Positions 1 to 9,588 of a DNA stretch of 64,000 nt are shown here, in pieces. Position 1 is the first letter of the stretch. Each line of letters starts with the position of its first letter. Location of the stretch: the IMG/VR virus record IMGVR_UViG_3300040802_000094, positions 1-64,000 of that record; one strand, written 5' to 3'. A program made the translations under genes and the position numbers. The notes beneath the pieces are model-generated. The model ran no database searches. It had not been told where the DNA came from and worked only from the letters and a program-made list of their open reading frames with translations. This stretch comes from a virus.

Positions 1-51
1 CTGTACAGCCTACTCTGAATGCTTAAGGCCGTCCTTCTCGGGCGGCTTCTT

Positions 52-1077
52 TTATGGCCGCCCTTCGTATTGTTCGGCGATCCGGGAAAAGACTTCTTTC
101 CCGAACGCGACGGGGACTCCGTTGCCCAAGATGCGCCCCGCGTCGGATTTACGTTGGGGGAGGTAGAAATCGTCTCTCACCGTCATGAATCGCTGCAACC
201 CCCGAATGGGGATTTCTACGATTCCGAGATCGGGGAGGTACGCCTTAAACCGACACCAGTGGCCGCTTCCTCCAAATGCCCGGATCGTAAAGGTCGGGAG
301 GTCTTGATCGCGGACGGAGAACGACCCGGTTCCTACTCCCACCGTCGGAATCAACAGGGCGCGATCGCGGAATTCGATTCCTTTTTTCTCGATTTCTTTC
401 CGAACCCATAGGGGGAGTTCTTTTTTTGGAAAGTCGCGAACGATATCCGCGATCGCTTCCAGCCAGCCGATGTTTCGGGGATGCCGTCGCGGTTCGAGTC
501 CGAACCAGTAGAAGCTTTCCCTGCCTTCCCTGCCTCCGATCAATGCGGGTTGGTAGGAAACCTCGCGAAAGTATTGCAAGCGATCGCGACGAATGAACTT
601 CGCAAAAATTCTAACCCGGGATTGCGGCACCCCGTATTTTGCCATTTCAAAGGGCGTATCGTAGTCGTAGCTCGGGATGTAGCCCAGCTCTTGCAGCCCC
701 TTCGACAGCTCCCGCCAGGGTTGAGATCCCACGTACCCGCGAACGTTTTCAATCGTTACGACGACGGGAGAGGCTTCTTTGACGGCCCGAAGTACGTGGC
801 TGCCCGCCTCTGCGTCCGCGTGCTTGCCGATCGCTTTGGAGCGGGCGATCGAGAAGTTCTGACAGGGGGGGCTGGCGTGCAGCAAAAAGATGCCGTCGAA
901 CTGCCGGAAGTTGACGTCTTCGACGGGGGACACGATCGTCTCCACCGTCGGGTGATTTTCGCGGTGGCACTCGGCGGCAACTTTCTCGCGTTCGATCGCG
1001 GCGATCGGCGTAATTCCAGATTGGGCGATCGCCTCCGTACAGAGTCCGCCACCAGCAAAAATATCGATTGCTTCCAT
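52..1077 (-). CDS. DNA (cytosine-5)-methyltransferase, orphan
   Basis: Motif I FAGGG, motif IV SPPCQ, motif VI ENV, motif VIII QSRVR, motif X GNGV; no adjacent restriction enzyme seen. Confidence 0.93.
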   Translation of the reverse strand: MEAIDIFAGGGLCTEAIAQSGITPIAAIEREKVAAECHRENHPTVETIVSPVEDVNFRQFDGIFLLHASPPCQNFSIARSKAIGKHADAEAGSHVLRAVKEASPVVVTIENVRGYVGSQPWRELSKGLQELGYIPSYDYDTPFEMAKYGVPQSRVRIFAKFIRRDRLQYFREVSYQPALIGGREGRESFYWFGLEPRRHPRNIGWLEAIADIVRDFPKKELPLWVRKEIEKKGIEFRDRALLIPTVGVGTGSFSVRDQDLPTFTIRAFGGSGHWCRFKAYLPDLGIVEIPIRGLQRFMTVRDDFYLPQRKSDAGRILGNGVPVAFGKEVFSRIAEQYEGRP

Positions 1078-1186
1078 ATTGATTGATTTTTTACTACGAA
1101 TATTAGTTTATAGCGTTGAACAAAAAGGCAGAAATTTCCCTTGATTCGTGGTAGTAAGTAAGGTGACTTATTTTATCAAGGCAAGG

Positions 1187-1738
1187 ATGAACAAAAAACG
1201 AGCGAAAAGAAAGCTAGCCAAGCGCAAGAACGCTAGAAAAAAACGAAATTGTACTTGGAAGGAGCCGTCCGTTTTGACTCGCCCCTCCAAAAGAGATCGT
1301 CGAGAAGAAATTGACGAACCCGAGATCTGTATAAATGCAAAGAAGACTCCCCTGGGATACGAAGTCGAGATTGGAGTGGGCTACCTCGCTCGGCTGCTTT
1401 ACCATACTTTTGGTACGAGGGGGATGGTCTGTCAGGGCGGCGATCGCGGGGCGTATTACATCATCGAGTCGGCTCTCCAGGAGACCCCTGCCGATCGCCG
1501 CACGTTGGCGGAATACAATCCGAAGACAGAGTTCCTGTTGACTTGGCCGATTCCCGCCAAGCACGGCTTATTCGACCATGCCCTTTGGGCGATCGCTTCG
1601 CACCCGATCGCTCCTTCGCCGTTCATTTCGATCGAGTTTCGGGTAGAGTCCTTGGAGTGCGTTTACCAAACTCTTTCGGATAAAAGGTTTCTCGAAGAAT
1701 TCATCCTCGATAAAAAGATGCTCCTCGGGCAAGAGTAG
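1187..1738 (+). CDS. Hypothetical protein with basic N-terminus
   Basis: ORF 1148..1738; ATG at 1187 after an AT-rich intergenic region. Confidence 0.55.
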   Translation: MNKKRAKRKLAKRKNARKKRNCTWKEPSVLTRPSKRDRREEIDEPEICINAKKTPLGYEVEIGVGYLARLLYHTFGTRGMVCQGGDRGAYYIIESALQETPADRRTLAEYNPKTEFLLTWPIPAKHGLFDHALWAIASHPIAPSPFISIEFRVESLECVYQTLSDKRFLEEFILDKKMLLGQE

Positions 1739-1747
1739 TGAACGACT

Positions 1748-3085
1748 TCATTGGATCTGGAGCGTTTCGAGGGAGGCTTTTATTGTTTCTCTGATGGCCG
1801 TCGGGTTTACCTTGCTCAAAAGTGTGTCGTTAAGGTTTTTGGTTTTATCCGGACTGAGTCCGCCAATCCGATGAAAAGGAAAGGGTTTTCCTTCGAGGAA
1901 GGCTTCGAGGATTGCTTCGTCTTGGGCGAGCGATTTTAGAAGGCCGATCTCGTCGGCACTCAGCGTTCCTCCAATTTCCGGGTTGCTGAGAATGCTTTGG
2001 ATTGCCTTTTGCAGTCCCGACGAAACGTCGTCAAGGGTCTTCGCCTTGACGATTTCTTTTTGGGCTTGTTGCTTGATCGTTTTTCCTAGTTTTGAAATTC
2101 TGCGAACTTCCGGGTTGGGGGACAGTTGGGAGACTTCTTCGGCAATTTGAGCGGCACGCTTCGTCAAGTCTTTCCCGACCGCTACTTTTACTTTGTTGGG
2201 GATTTTCGATACCTCTTTTAATTCGGACAACCCGGAGGGGGAGAGGAGTTTTTTGGCGATCGCGTTCGTGGCCGTACCTGCCGCTACGCCGGAAGCGACG
2301 CGAACGGCTAGGTCGATCCATTTTTTTTGCTTTTCGCTGAAGTCTCTGTTTTCGATCGCCTTTTTCGTTGCGGCGGAGGCACTTTCCGAAGCAGCGAACG
2401 AAGCGGCGGACGTTGCGAGTATCGCCCCGAGGGACAGGGTTCCGCCGAGTGCTGCCGAAATCAGAACTTCGGGTCCGACGGTCAGCGCCATGGAGATCGC
2501 CAGGGGGGCGCTCGCCTTGATCAGCTTTGCCGCCGTCTCCACGACTTCTTCTTTCGTTATTTTGTATTGGGGGTTCGCGATCGCGTCTTCGTAAGCGGCG
2601 TAGCGCGCGATCGCGAACTCCATTTTTTCTTTAAGCGAGGCGTCTTTGTCGGGGACGGGTAGCTTGGTTTTGAGAATGGCCTGCCTCAACGGGGAGTATC
2701 CCCGTCCGTAGATTTCTGCAAGTTCAGTTTCGTACTGCCGACTTAGCGTGTCGAGCTTTCGCTCGAATTCGGGGAAAAGATTGGCAGTTTTGAGGACCTC
2801 TCGCACGAGTTTCGCTCCCATCCGTCCCGCTTCTAGCCCGATCCGCCTTCGGAAGTCCTTGTCTCGCAGCGACTGGGAGACGATTTCCGACGTTACCCGC
2901 AATCCCTCCCGGAGCGATCGCGCGATCGCTCCCGCCGTTGATGTGGCAGAGGCAAAGCGACCGGAGGCGTCGCGGAAAACCTTGCCTCCCTCGATCCATG
3001 GCGCGTCATATTCTTTGGCTGCAAGTATTAGGTGGCATCGCAACAATGCGCATTGCGCCAAAATCGAACTTGTTCTGAGGTTCAT
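1748..3085 (-). CDS. Leader/RDASGRF-motif protein with hydrophobic hairpin (putative head-packaged effector)
   Basis: ILAA-KEYDAPWIEGGKVFRDASGRFAS; helical domain shared with 21824 and 22814; hydrophobic block TVGPEV shared with 13737 and 15807. Confidence 0.75.
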   Translation of the reverse strand: MNLRTSSILAQCALLRCHLILAAKEYDAPWIEGGKVFRDASGRFASATSTAGAIARSLREGLRVTSEIVSQSLRDKDFRRRIGLEAGRMGAKLVREVLKTANLFPEFERKLDTLSRQYETELAEIYGRGYSPLRQAILKTKLPVPDKDASLKEKMEFAIARYAAYEDAIANPQYKITKEEVVETAAKLIKASAPLAISMALTVGPEVLISAALGGTLSLGAILATSAASFAASESASAATKKAIENRDFSEKQKKWIDLAVRVASGVAAGTATNAIAKKLLSPSGLSELKEVSKIPNKVKVAVGKDLTKRAAQIAEEVSQLSPNPEVRRISKLGKTIKQQAQKEIVKAKTLDDVSSGLQKAIQSILSNPEIGGTLSADEIGLLKSLAQDEAILEAFLEGKPFPFHRIGGLSPDKTKNLNDTLLSKVNPTAIRETIKASLETLQIQ

Positions 3086-3128
3086 ATTCAGCCCTGGTTG
3101 TTCGGTTAACCGAAATCTATCGTGTCGG

Positions 3129-4052
3129 TTAACCGAATAGATCGACCTCCGAGGCGCGATCGCCGTTCGGAGGCATTACTTCAGATTTTACTTGCGGAAG
3201 GCGGCTTACCTCGCGATCGTCGCGACCGGAATAGAGGATCGAGGGAGGATCCTCGTTTGCGAGCTGAATGAGATTTCCACGCAAGTTGTCGTTCATGAAG
3301 TTTTTCATTACCTCTGGCGAACTGAAGACGAGCGTCGATCCGTCCAGCCTCGTGTTCAAGTAAGCCAGGTGGGAGACCCCTCTTCGGGCGCAATTTTCAG
3401 CGTCTTTCTTTATTTCGTCGAGGGTTTTCCCCTCGTAGTCGTCGATTTCCCATCGAGATAGCCCCGGAGAGGCGATCGCGTACGATGCGGATCTCAACGA
3501 CCTGTCGAGATCGGCGATCGCGCCTTCAAATGCCTTGTCCGCGCCGTGGTAGCGAAAGGGGCTGCCAGAAAACCCGGTTAACCCCGAAGGATGGGTGGGT
3601 TCTTCCGAAAAGAAAAACCCTTCGTACTTCCACAGGGAGCTTTTCTTGCTTTGGATCAGCCAAAAAAATCCATTTGCCCGAGCGCCGGGCGGTATCAATC
3701 GGAACTCGATTCGAGGCCGCCCTTCCGTCGAGACGCGCAGTGAGATTAAGTCCGGCTGAGCCAACATCAGAAGGAAAATCTGATCGTACCGAAACCTAAG
3801 TCCGAGGTATTCCGGATTTTGAACCAAAATAAATTGCTCGAAAGTCCCGTTTTCTTCCGAGGCTTCCCAGCGATCGCACCCAAATAGAGGGTTTCGGTGA
3901 AACTGAGGTGGATGGGGGTTGACTGCACACAGGAGTGTTTTGCGAGAGTTGAATTCCGGCGAAAGAAACTTGCACGTCCGACAGATTTGTATATTTTTCC
4001 TCTTCGGAGAAGGGGATTGACTTTTCCAGATTGAAGTAGCGATCGTTTTCAT
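3129..4052 (-). CDS. Hypothetical protein with N-terminal Cys motif (CxxC...LCAVNP...C, DUF6464-like)
   Basis: CRTCKF...LLCAVNP...GCDRWE. Confidence 0.55.
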   Translation of the reverse strand: MKTIATSIWKSQSPSPKRKNIQICRTCKFLSPEFNSRKTLLCAVNPHPPQFHRNPLFGCDRWEASEENGTFEQFILVQNPEYLGLRFRYDQIFLLMLAQPDLISLRVSTEGRPRIEFRLIPPGARANGFFWLIQSKKSSLWKYEGFFFSEEPTHPSGLTGFSGSPFRYHGADKAFEGAIADLDRSLRSASYAIASPGLSRWEIDDYEGKTLDEIKKDAENCARRGVSHLAYLNTRLDGSTLVFSSPEVMKNFMNDNLRGNLIQLANEDPPSILYSGRDDREVSRLPQVKSEVMPPNGDRASEVDLFG

Positions 4053-4080
4053 GTTTTTTGTAATTGACTGGGGTTATTTT

Positions 4081-4131
4081 CCCATGCAAAAGGCCACCGT
4101 ATTGCTAAAACACGGTGGCCTTTTGCATGGG
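4081..4131. terminator. Long inverted repeat (20-bp arms), probable intrinsic terminator of the 4132..4491 gene
   Basis: cccatgcaaaaggccaccgt-N11-acggtggccttttgcatggg, abutting the stop codon. Confidence 0.75.
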
Positions 4132-4491
4132 TTAGAAGCGCTTTCTTTCTACGAAACGCTTCACTCTCTCTTTTGACTTAGGAGAGATCACTCCATCCAC
4201 ATGGATGGAGTAGATTGTTGTCGATCCGTTATACGGATCGACCTCCCCCTCGCTGGAGAGGGTTACTGAATCCCCTTCCCCTCGGGGAGGGAAAAGGGGA
4301 TGGTCGGAGGGGATGAAGCAGCCGAGATCGCTGGCTGCTTTTAGGAAGGAGACCAACCCTCCTTCTATCTCCCCTTCCTCTTTAGCCTCGCAGGGCATCT
4401 GTCCTGCGAGGCTAAAATAGGATCGTTCCGAACATGTTTTGTCGTCACCTTCGACGATATCGATAGTATCGATAGTAATGAATGCTTTCAT
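4132..4491 (-). CDS. Hypothetical phage protein
   Basis: 119-aa ORF with ATG after an AT-rich leader and a hairpin after the stop. Confidence 0.7.
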   Translation of the reverse strand: MKAFITIDTIDIVEGDDKTCSERSYFSLAGQMPCEAKEEGEIEGGLVSFLKAASDLGCFIPSDHPLFPPRGEGDSVTLSSEGEVDPYNGSTTIYSIHVDGVISPKSKERVKRFVERKRF

Positions 4492-4587
4492 TTTGTATTA
4501 CTTAAACTTCATCGTTATTCTCCCTTTTTTGTCTCTTTTTTCAAAAAAAAGAGACGCCATAACGCTATTTATTAGTGGAGTACCCGA

Positions 4588-5079
4588 GTGGATTTAGATC
4601 GTTTCATCGATACCTATTCTGCCGATAGCGTCAGTTTTCATCGAAGCGAAGGAACGGAAGATCTGTCCGATACGTTTCTTCGCGCCATTCGAGATAGCCT
4701 AGGAGAAGATCTTTTTTCTGTCCTCCCTTCAATAGAGGTTTACAAGCCAGATTCCGGCATCGTGTCGTGTAGCTTCGATTACGAAGATCGATACCGAATT
4801 TTCCTTTCTCCGTCCAGCGATCGCTATCGCTGGGCGAAAGAAGCCTTGGGACACGATATCAATAACCCCGCATTATTCAATCACCTTCAGTACGATATTG
4901 CGATCCGACACCTGGAAAGAAGGGTGGCAGTTGAAAATTCGGAAGGTTCTTCCGAGCAAGTTTTTATTTACTCTCTGGGTAAAATCGCACTGCGGCGAGA
5001 TTTGGTAGAGGGCGATCGCTTGCGAGCTATACTGCTTTCTTCTTTGAAACTTCTTCGATCGAGGCTTGCGGAAGGATAA
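4588..5079 (+). CDS. Hypothetical protein
   Basis: 163-aa ORF, GTG start with upstream GGAG. Confidence 0.6.
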   Translation: MDLDRFIDTYSADSVSFHRSEGTEDLSDTFLRAIRDSLGEDLFSVLPSIEVYKPDSGIVSCSFDYEDRYRIFLSPSSDRYRWAKEALGHDINNPALFNHLQYDIAIRHLERRVAVENSEGSSEQVFIYSLGKIALRRDLVEGDRLRAILLSSLKLLRSRLAEG

Positions 5080-5193
5080 GTAGGACAGGAGTCGCTGCTG
5101 TCATGGTTGCTTTTGTTGGCTGTCGAATGCCTGCGTCGTTGTCCGATTGCTTGTACTTGCATATAATTCACTTGTTTCTTTGTGGGTGGCCAA

Positions 5194-6195
5194 ATGAGAG
5201 GGAAGCAAGCGCGTGAAATGCGGCGCATGTATCGCGATTCAGTAAAAGCGGCGATGGCGGGTTCTTTTTACAAGTCTTTCGATCGCAGGTATCCCAGAGT
5301 GAAGGGATATATCCCCTATGCTTCGGTTGCGGGACGGCTGGCATACATGCTCGAATCGACAGATCTCGCGATCCGTTCGGGGTATCCCTTATCCGCCGTT
5401 GTAGACGATACAACTTGGGCGGCGATTCTGGCTTCGGTATCGCATCTTTCTCTTAATTCCTTTTTCCCTGTCTGGTGGCTCAGAGGGAAATTGGCTGAAG
5501 CACTCAACCTGACCGACGCCCCGGTCGAAGGTTTTTCGCTGGATCTCCTGTCTTCTCCCTTTGGAGTCGTTATATTGCCCGAAAGCCTTCGTATTGTAAA
5601 TCCCGACGGCGATCGGGTGGACTTCTTGTATTGGGACTCGATTCGGTCGGGCGAATCCCGTCCTCATGTCGCTATCGGGGGAAAGAAGATTCGAGTCCCT
5701 CCCTTCGACGGCGATCGCTTGCATTGGGGGACAATCCTTGCCTCTGGCTCTTCTTACGCCTCGACGGTAGAGGTCACGAGCGAGGGCTTGATTCACGGCG
5801 ACTTTTCTTTCGATCTCGGAAATAAATTCGTCGGATTGAATGCAGAAAAGACGACCGAAGAAGAGTTCATTTTAAAAATTCAAAATTTATTGGTCGGCCT
5901 TTTTTATTATTTATCCATTAGACCGGATGAGGCGATCGATCGCAGTTCGTCTGCTCCTGGAATTGGATTTTCTCGACTACCTAAGCGCGATCGTAATAGA
6001 AGACGTTCTCCTCTTTTTATTGGCGATCGTTTTCAAAAAGAAGAGAAAGGAAAATCTCTTTCTCTTCCAGCCTACGGGACTCACGCCTCTCCTCGAATGC
6101 ACATCCGTCGGGGACACTGGCGATTGATGCGAGTAGGAGAAGGCCGTACTCGGAGGGAGTGGAAATGGATTCGTCCGGCAATTGTAGGTGGCTGA
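5194..6195 (+). CDS. Phage protein with C-terminal HxRRGHxR motif
   Basis: SPRMHIRRGHWR...KWIRPAIVG, a motif common in uncharacterised phage proteins. Confidence 0.75.
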   Translation: MRGKQAREMRRMYRDSVKAAMAGSFYKSFDRRYPRVKGYIPYASVAGRLAYMLESTDLAIRSGYPLSAVVDDTTWAAILASVSHLSLNSFFPVWWLRGKLAEALNLTDAPVEGFSLDLLSSPFGVVILPESLRIVNPDGDRVDFLYWDSIRSGESRPHVAIGGKKIRVPPFDGDRLHWGTILASGSSYASTVEVTSEGLIHGDFSFDLGNKFVGLNAEKTTEEEFILKIQNLLVGLFYYLSIRPDEAIDRSSSAPGIGFSRLPKRDRNRRRSPLFIGDRFQKEEKGKSLSLPAYGTHASPRMHIRRGHWRLMRVGEGRTRREWKWIRPAIVGG

Positions 6196-6322
6196 AATGA
6201 CGGTAGACTGCCCATGAGGACACGGGATATTTGTTAGCAAGGTCGCACTGTGTACGCGGTCTTTTTTTGTTGGCTGAATGTTTTGAGGTAGTATTTGATT
6301 GTTGACTAAGAAGCAATTTGTC

Positions 6323-6715
6323 ATGAATGAACGGACTTTTAAGGAAGTGGAAAAGTTTGTAGAGAACCACGTGCTTCTCTGTGTAACTCCACTGATCGAT
6401 AGCGAAAGTTTCATGGAGGACTGGCTAGATTCCGGCGAGTACGCCTCTTATGAGACGTACCGTCAGGATTGCGACTCGGATTGCGACTCGGATTGCGACG
6501 TACTCCAACTCCAAGATCTTATCTTGGAGTATTGGGCGGTTAGCGACTGTCTCGGTCGCCTCCTTGAAAAAGGAGAGGTCGTACTGAATTACGGGATGTA
6601 TTATGTCTGGGGGCGTCAAGCTTCCGGGCAGGCGATCGCCCAGGATTCCGTGATTCAGGAAATATTCCTCGCCCTAGATCCCCGTCCTGACTCATGCCGT
6701 GACCCGGTTCATTAG
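6323..6715 (+). CDS. Phage protein, WGRxxxGQ family (paralog 1)
   Basis: EYWAVS...GEVV...WGRQASGQAI; internal DCDS repeat; ORF track start 6299. Confidence 0.7.
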   Translation: MNERTFKEVEKFVENHVLLCVTPLIDSESFMEDWLDSGEYASYETYRQDCDSDCDSDCDVLQLQDLILEYWAVSDCLGRLLEKGEVVLNYGMYYVWGRQASGQAIAQDSVIQEIFLALDPRPDSCRDPVH

Positions 6716-6956
6716 ACTTTTTGAGGGTGATAGGTTTGAAAAAACCATAACCTCACAAATCTTTGAAAGAGACTTCCCGGATCGCGAGATTTTGGAAGTC
6801 TGGGGAGTCACGCACTTCCTTGGCGAGGAACTCGCCAAAGAGGGAGAGGCGGTAGTGGACATAGGAGAGGGGTTTCTCCTATGGGGTCGGACAACGTCCG
6901 GCCAGTCCCCGTATAACGATTCCGCGATCGTTTCAATCGCGGAAAGAATGGGATAG
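6699..6956 (+). CDS. Phage protein, WGRxxxGQ family (paralog 2)
   Basis: EVWGVT...GEAVV...WGRTTSGQSP aligns with the preceding ORF. Confidence 0.7.
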   Translation: MTRFIRLFEGDRFEKTITSQIFERDFPDREILEVWGVTHFLGEELAKEGEAVVDIGEGFLLWGRTTSGQSPYNDSAIVSIAERMG

Positions 6957-6971
6957 AGATCCCCTAAAGTG

Positions 6972-7012
6972 AAACATCCCCGTCAGCACAAATAAAGCTG
7001 ACGGGGATGTTT
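6972..7012 (+). terminator. Intrinsic terminator
   Basis: aaacatccccgtcagc-N9-gctgacggggatgttt followed by T-rich tail. Confidence 0.8.
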
Positions 7013-7049
7013 TACTTTTTTGACACAAGCAACTATATGTGAATGTGTA

Positions 7050-7089
7050 TTGACACGTGTATACACAAAGGGATATAATATGGGTGTAG
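7050..7089 (+). promoter_or_regulatory. Sigma70-type promoter
   Basis: TTGACA(7050)-18 bp-TATAAT(7074)-N4-GTGTAG. Confidence 0.8.
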
Positions 7090-7103
7090 AAAAAAAATAA
7101 ATT

Positions 7104-7364
7104 ATGTATATGCAGATCCCAATCGTTTTGATTCCCCCGATCGTCGCGATCGGGGTGTATCTGGGGTTATGGTCACTAACGAGTCTTCCCAAGGCTCGAA
7201 TTGTGAGCATTGTGACAAAGGCATTCATGTTAACACAACTGCTCTGCGTTTATGCAGGGCTTTCCTACCTCGACAGCCAGGAACAGACCTCCTACTCGGG
7301 GGTCTTTCTCCTGCTTGCGATCTCCCTAGCCCTCCTTGTGGGGGGGGTAAGGCGGATGAAATGA
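7104..7364 (+). CDS. Small 3-TM membrane protein (copy 1)
   Basis: 86 aa, three hydrophobic segments, ends GGVRRMK; paralog of 7488. Confidence 0.85.
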   Translation: MYMQIPIVLIPPIVAIGVYLGLWSLTSLPKARIVSIVTKAFMLTQLLCVYAGLSYLDSQEQTSYSGVFLLLAISLALLVGGVRRMK

Positions 7365-7405
7365 AAATGCCCCCGCTAGCAAAAACAAAGCTAGCGGGGG
7401 TATTT
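7365..7405 (+). terminator. Intrinsic terminator (near-identical to 7748..7796)
   Basis: cccccgctagc-aaaaacaaa-gctagcggggg-tattt. Confidence 0.8.
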
Positions 7406-7430
7406 CTATGTATATACGGGCAGTCATATA

Positions 7431-7471
7431 TATTGACACATGTGTCAATAAAAAGTATAATATAGGTGTAG
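7431..7471 (+). promoter_or_regulatory. Consensus sigma70 promoter with 20-bp palindrome over the -35 box
   Basis: TTGACA(7433)-17 bp-TATAAT(7456)-N4-GTGTAG; tattgacacatgtgtcaata (7431..7450) is a perfect palindrome. Confidence 0.85.
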
Positions 7472-7487
7472 ATCAAGGAAAAAGCAA

Positions 7488-7748
7488 ATGGAAGGACAAG
7501 TTCCCATAGTATTGGTTCCGCCAGTCCTTACTCTGGCGATCGCCGTAGCCCTTTGGGGCTTAACAGGCATCTCTAAGGAGCGCATCGTTACGTACGCCGT
7601 TCAGGCATACGTAACGATGCAATTGATAGCCCTGTACGCAGGGCTATCATACATTGACAGCCAGCAGGAAACCCCCTACTCGGGGGTCTTCCTGATTCTT
7701 ATGATCGCCTTAGCCCTCCTATTAGGGGGGGTAAGGCGGATGAAATAA
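7488..7748 (+). CDS. Small 3-TM membrane protein (copy 2)
   Basis: 86 aa, YAGLSYIDSQQETPYSGVFL matches copy 1. Confidence 0.85.
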   Translation: MEGQVPIVLVPPVLTLAIAVALWGLTGISKERIVTYAVQAYVTMQLIALYAGLSYIDSQQETPYSGVFLILMIALALLLGGVRRMK

Positions 7749-7796
7749 AAAAAATACCCCCGCTAGCAAAAACAAAGCTAGCGGGGGTATTTTTTT
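7748..7796. terminator. Bidirectional intrinsic terminator
   Basis: A-run-tacccccgctagc-N9-gctagcgggggta-T-run between convergent genes. Confidence 0.85.
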
Positions 7797-9588
7797 ATGC
7801 ATATACGGGACGGTAGGTCAGGGAGACGATCGCCACGAAAGATCCCGGATTTCCTATTGGGGAAATTTCTACGGTTACGATATCTGGATTTGCCGCGATC
7901 GCCCCAATATCTTGACCGATGTGTGCGTAGCCGATCGTTTCGGACTGAGTGGTCAGCGTGGAACCGATCGCCGCTTCCGGCTCGAAAGATTTGGCCTGAA
8001 AAGTCCAGTAGTTCGAGGCGTCGTTTGTACCTTGCAGATCGACTTCTACGTCCAGGCGATCGAGGTAGATATCGAGTCCCGCAAACTCGGAAACCAGCGC
8101 GATACCGATCGCCGAACTCGTTTCGATCGCCTCCGAAGCGGTATTGGCCGTCAGGCCGATCCAGTTCGACCCATTCCACACCCAGTCGCGGTAAACGCTC
8201 GAAGGAGTGGTATCGTGCCAGTAATCTCCTGCCGAAGGATTGTCCGGCGGCAACCCTTGGTGGTAAAGCGTACTGCCATCCTCGAAGACCCAAGTATTGG
8301 AATATTCTTCGAGGATTTTTTTTGTCGATTTTAGGACGATTTGGAGGGAGTTGGTTGCCGGAGGTTCCGAAAGCGATACTGTAATTGAGTTTTCGTCTGT
8401 CGAATAGATCCGGCAGAATACCTCGTGTCCCGAGGCGATGTCGTAAACGATCGCGCGATCCATGTCGATCGCCCACGTATCCCCGCCGTGAATGAAGGTG
8501 TAGTTTTTATCGACCCCGTTTCCAAAAACAGAGGAATAACTATTTGTGAGTGCGTCATTTAAGGCGGTCGGATCGGAAAGCCAGGTCAGGCCGTCGAGGT
8601 AGAGGGGGGAGACGGAAATTCCGGCTTCGTCAACGACGATACTCCCGTTTGCGGCAAGAACCTTCAGTCCTTCGACGACGGCAGTCGTGCCGTATCCCGG
8701 AGAGATCTCGATTTTTGTCGGGGAGGATTTGTGAAGCCCGTGTCCGACAGAGATGTCTGAAATTTTGGAAAGACGGGTGAAGGTGAGTGGAGAGACGCCG
8801 ACGGTTAGCGTGCCGTCGGCGTCTAAGATAAAAAGGTAATCTCCATTTTCCGTCCCTTCCGCGATCGCGACGATCGAACCCGGATTCGCTGTTGCCCCTT
8901 CGTCAAAATCCGAAGTACGGATCCATTCCCCTCCTTCTACAACTCGGAAGATGCCGTTGTCTGCGGGGTTCGCTTGCCCGGTCGCCAGTACGCGATCGTC
9001 CTGTAGCAGGCTGACTCCGTCGATAACCTGCAGTCCGCTCAAGGCGAGGTTCGTCGTAGCGGCGACGCGGCAGGGCTTCCAGAACGAAAATCCTGTCGCG
9101 ATCGCGGCAGTTGCCGAATCGATCTCTGTAGTAACGTATCCGAGTGTGGTGGCGTCGCTTCCGCCGACGGGAGAGGAAAGCCCGGTCAGTCGGGTAGTCG
9201 TTATTTCGTTGAAGCTTGCATTTCCGGAACCGTCCCGCCGCGCGATCGTATTTTCGGTTGCAGCTTCGGTTGCTGAATTGAGTCGGGCGAAAAGGGAGGG
9301 CGGCATCAACCCGGAAGTCGAGGGACTTGCTTCGGCGATCGCCATCGCCAGTAGCTTGTCGTTTCGCGAAATATTTAGCGAACCGTTGGCACTCGTGACA
9401 GAGTCTAGGGACTGAGAGACGGGTCTCGGGCTTCCGGTGGAGGGATCTCCGAGGAACAGTCGTCCGCCCTGGAATGCGAGTCCTTTCGCTGCCGGGGCTT
9501 CGCTGGCGACGAACGCAGTTGTTGCCGAAATTTTTATATTCTGAATGCTCGCCAGGCCGTCTCCGGAGAGGTGTTCGGGAAGTTTCAT
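7795..9588 (-). CDS. Fibre/head-decoration-like virion protein; fusion paralog of 50216 plus 51589
   Basis: KPCRVAATTNLALSGLQVIDGV...DRVLATGQANPADNGIF...WIRTSDFD phage fibre domain. Confidence 0.8.
   Translation of the reverse strand: MKLPEHLSGDGLASIQNIKISATTAFVASEAPAAKGLAFQGGRLFLGDPSTGSPRPVSQSLDSVTSANGSLNISRNDKLLAMAIAEASPSTSGLMPPSLFARLNSATEAATENTIARRDGSGNASFNEITTTRLTGLSSPVGGSDATTLGYVTTEIDSATAAIATGFSFWKPCRVAATTNLALSGLQVIDGVSLLQDDRVLATGQANPADNGIFRVVEGGEWIRTSDFDEGATANPGSIVAIAEGTENGDYLFILDADGTLTVGVSPLTFTRLSKISDISVGHGLHKSSPTKIEISPGYGTTAVVEGLKVLAANGSIVVDEAGISVSPLYLDGLTWLSDPTALNDALTNSYSSVFGNGVDKNYTFIHGGDTWAIDMDRAIVYDIASGHEVFCRIYSTDENSITVSLSEPPATNSLQIVLKSTKKILEEYSNTWVFEDGSTLYHQGLPPDNPSAGDYWHDTTPSSVYRDWVWNGSNWIGLTANTASEAIETSSAIGIALVSEFAGLDIYLDRLDVEVDLQGTNDASNYWTFQAKSFEPEAAIGSTLTTQSETIGYAHIGQDIGAIAANPDIVTVEISPIGNPGSFVAIVSLTYRPVYA

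Noticed and set aside
6972-7796. CRISPR mini-array (repeats, GTGTAGAT resembling a Cas12a repeat end)
   Set aside because: Repeats are promoter and terminator parts of duplicated gene cassettes; no AATTTCTAC stem, no regular spacers, no cas genes.
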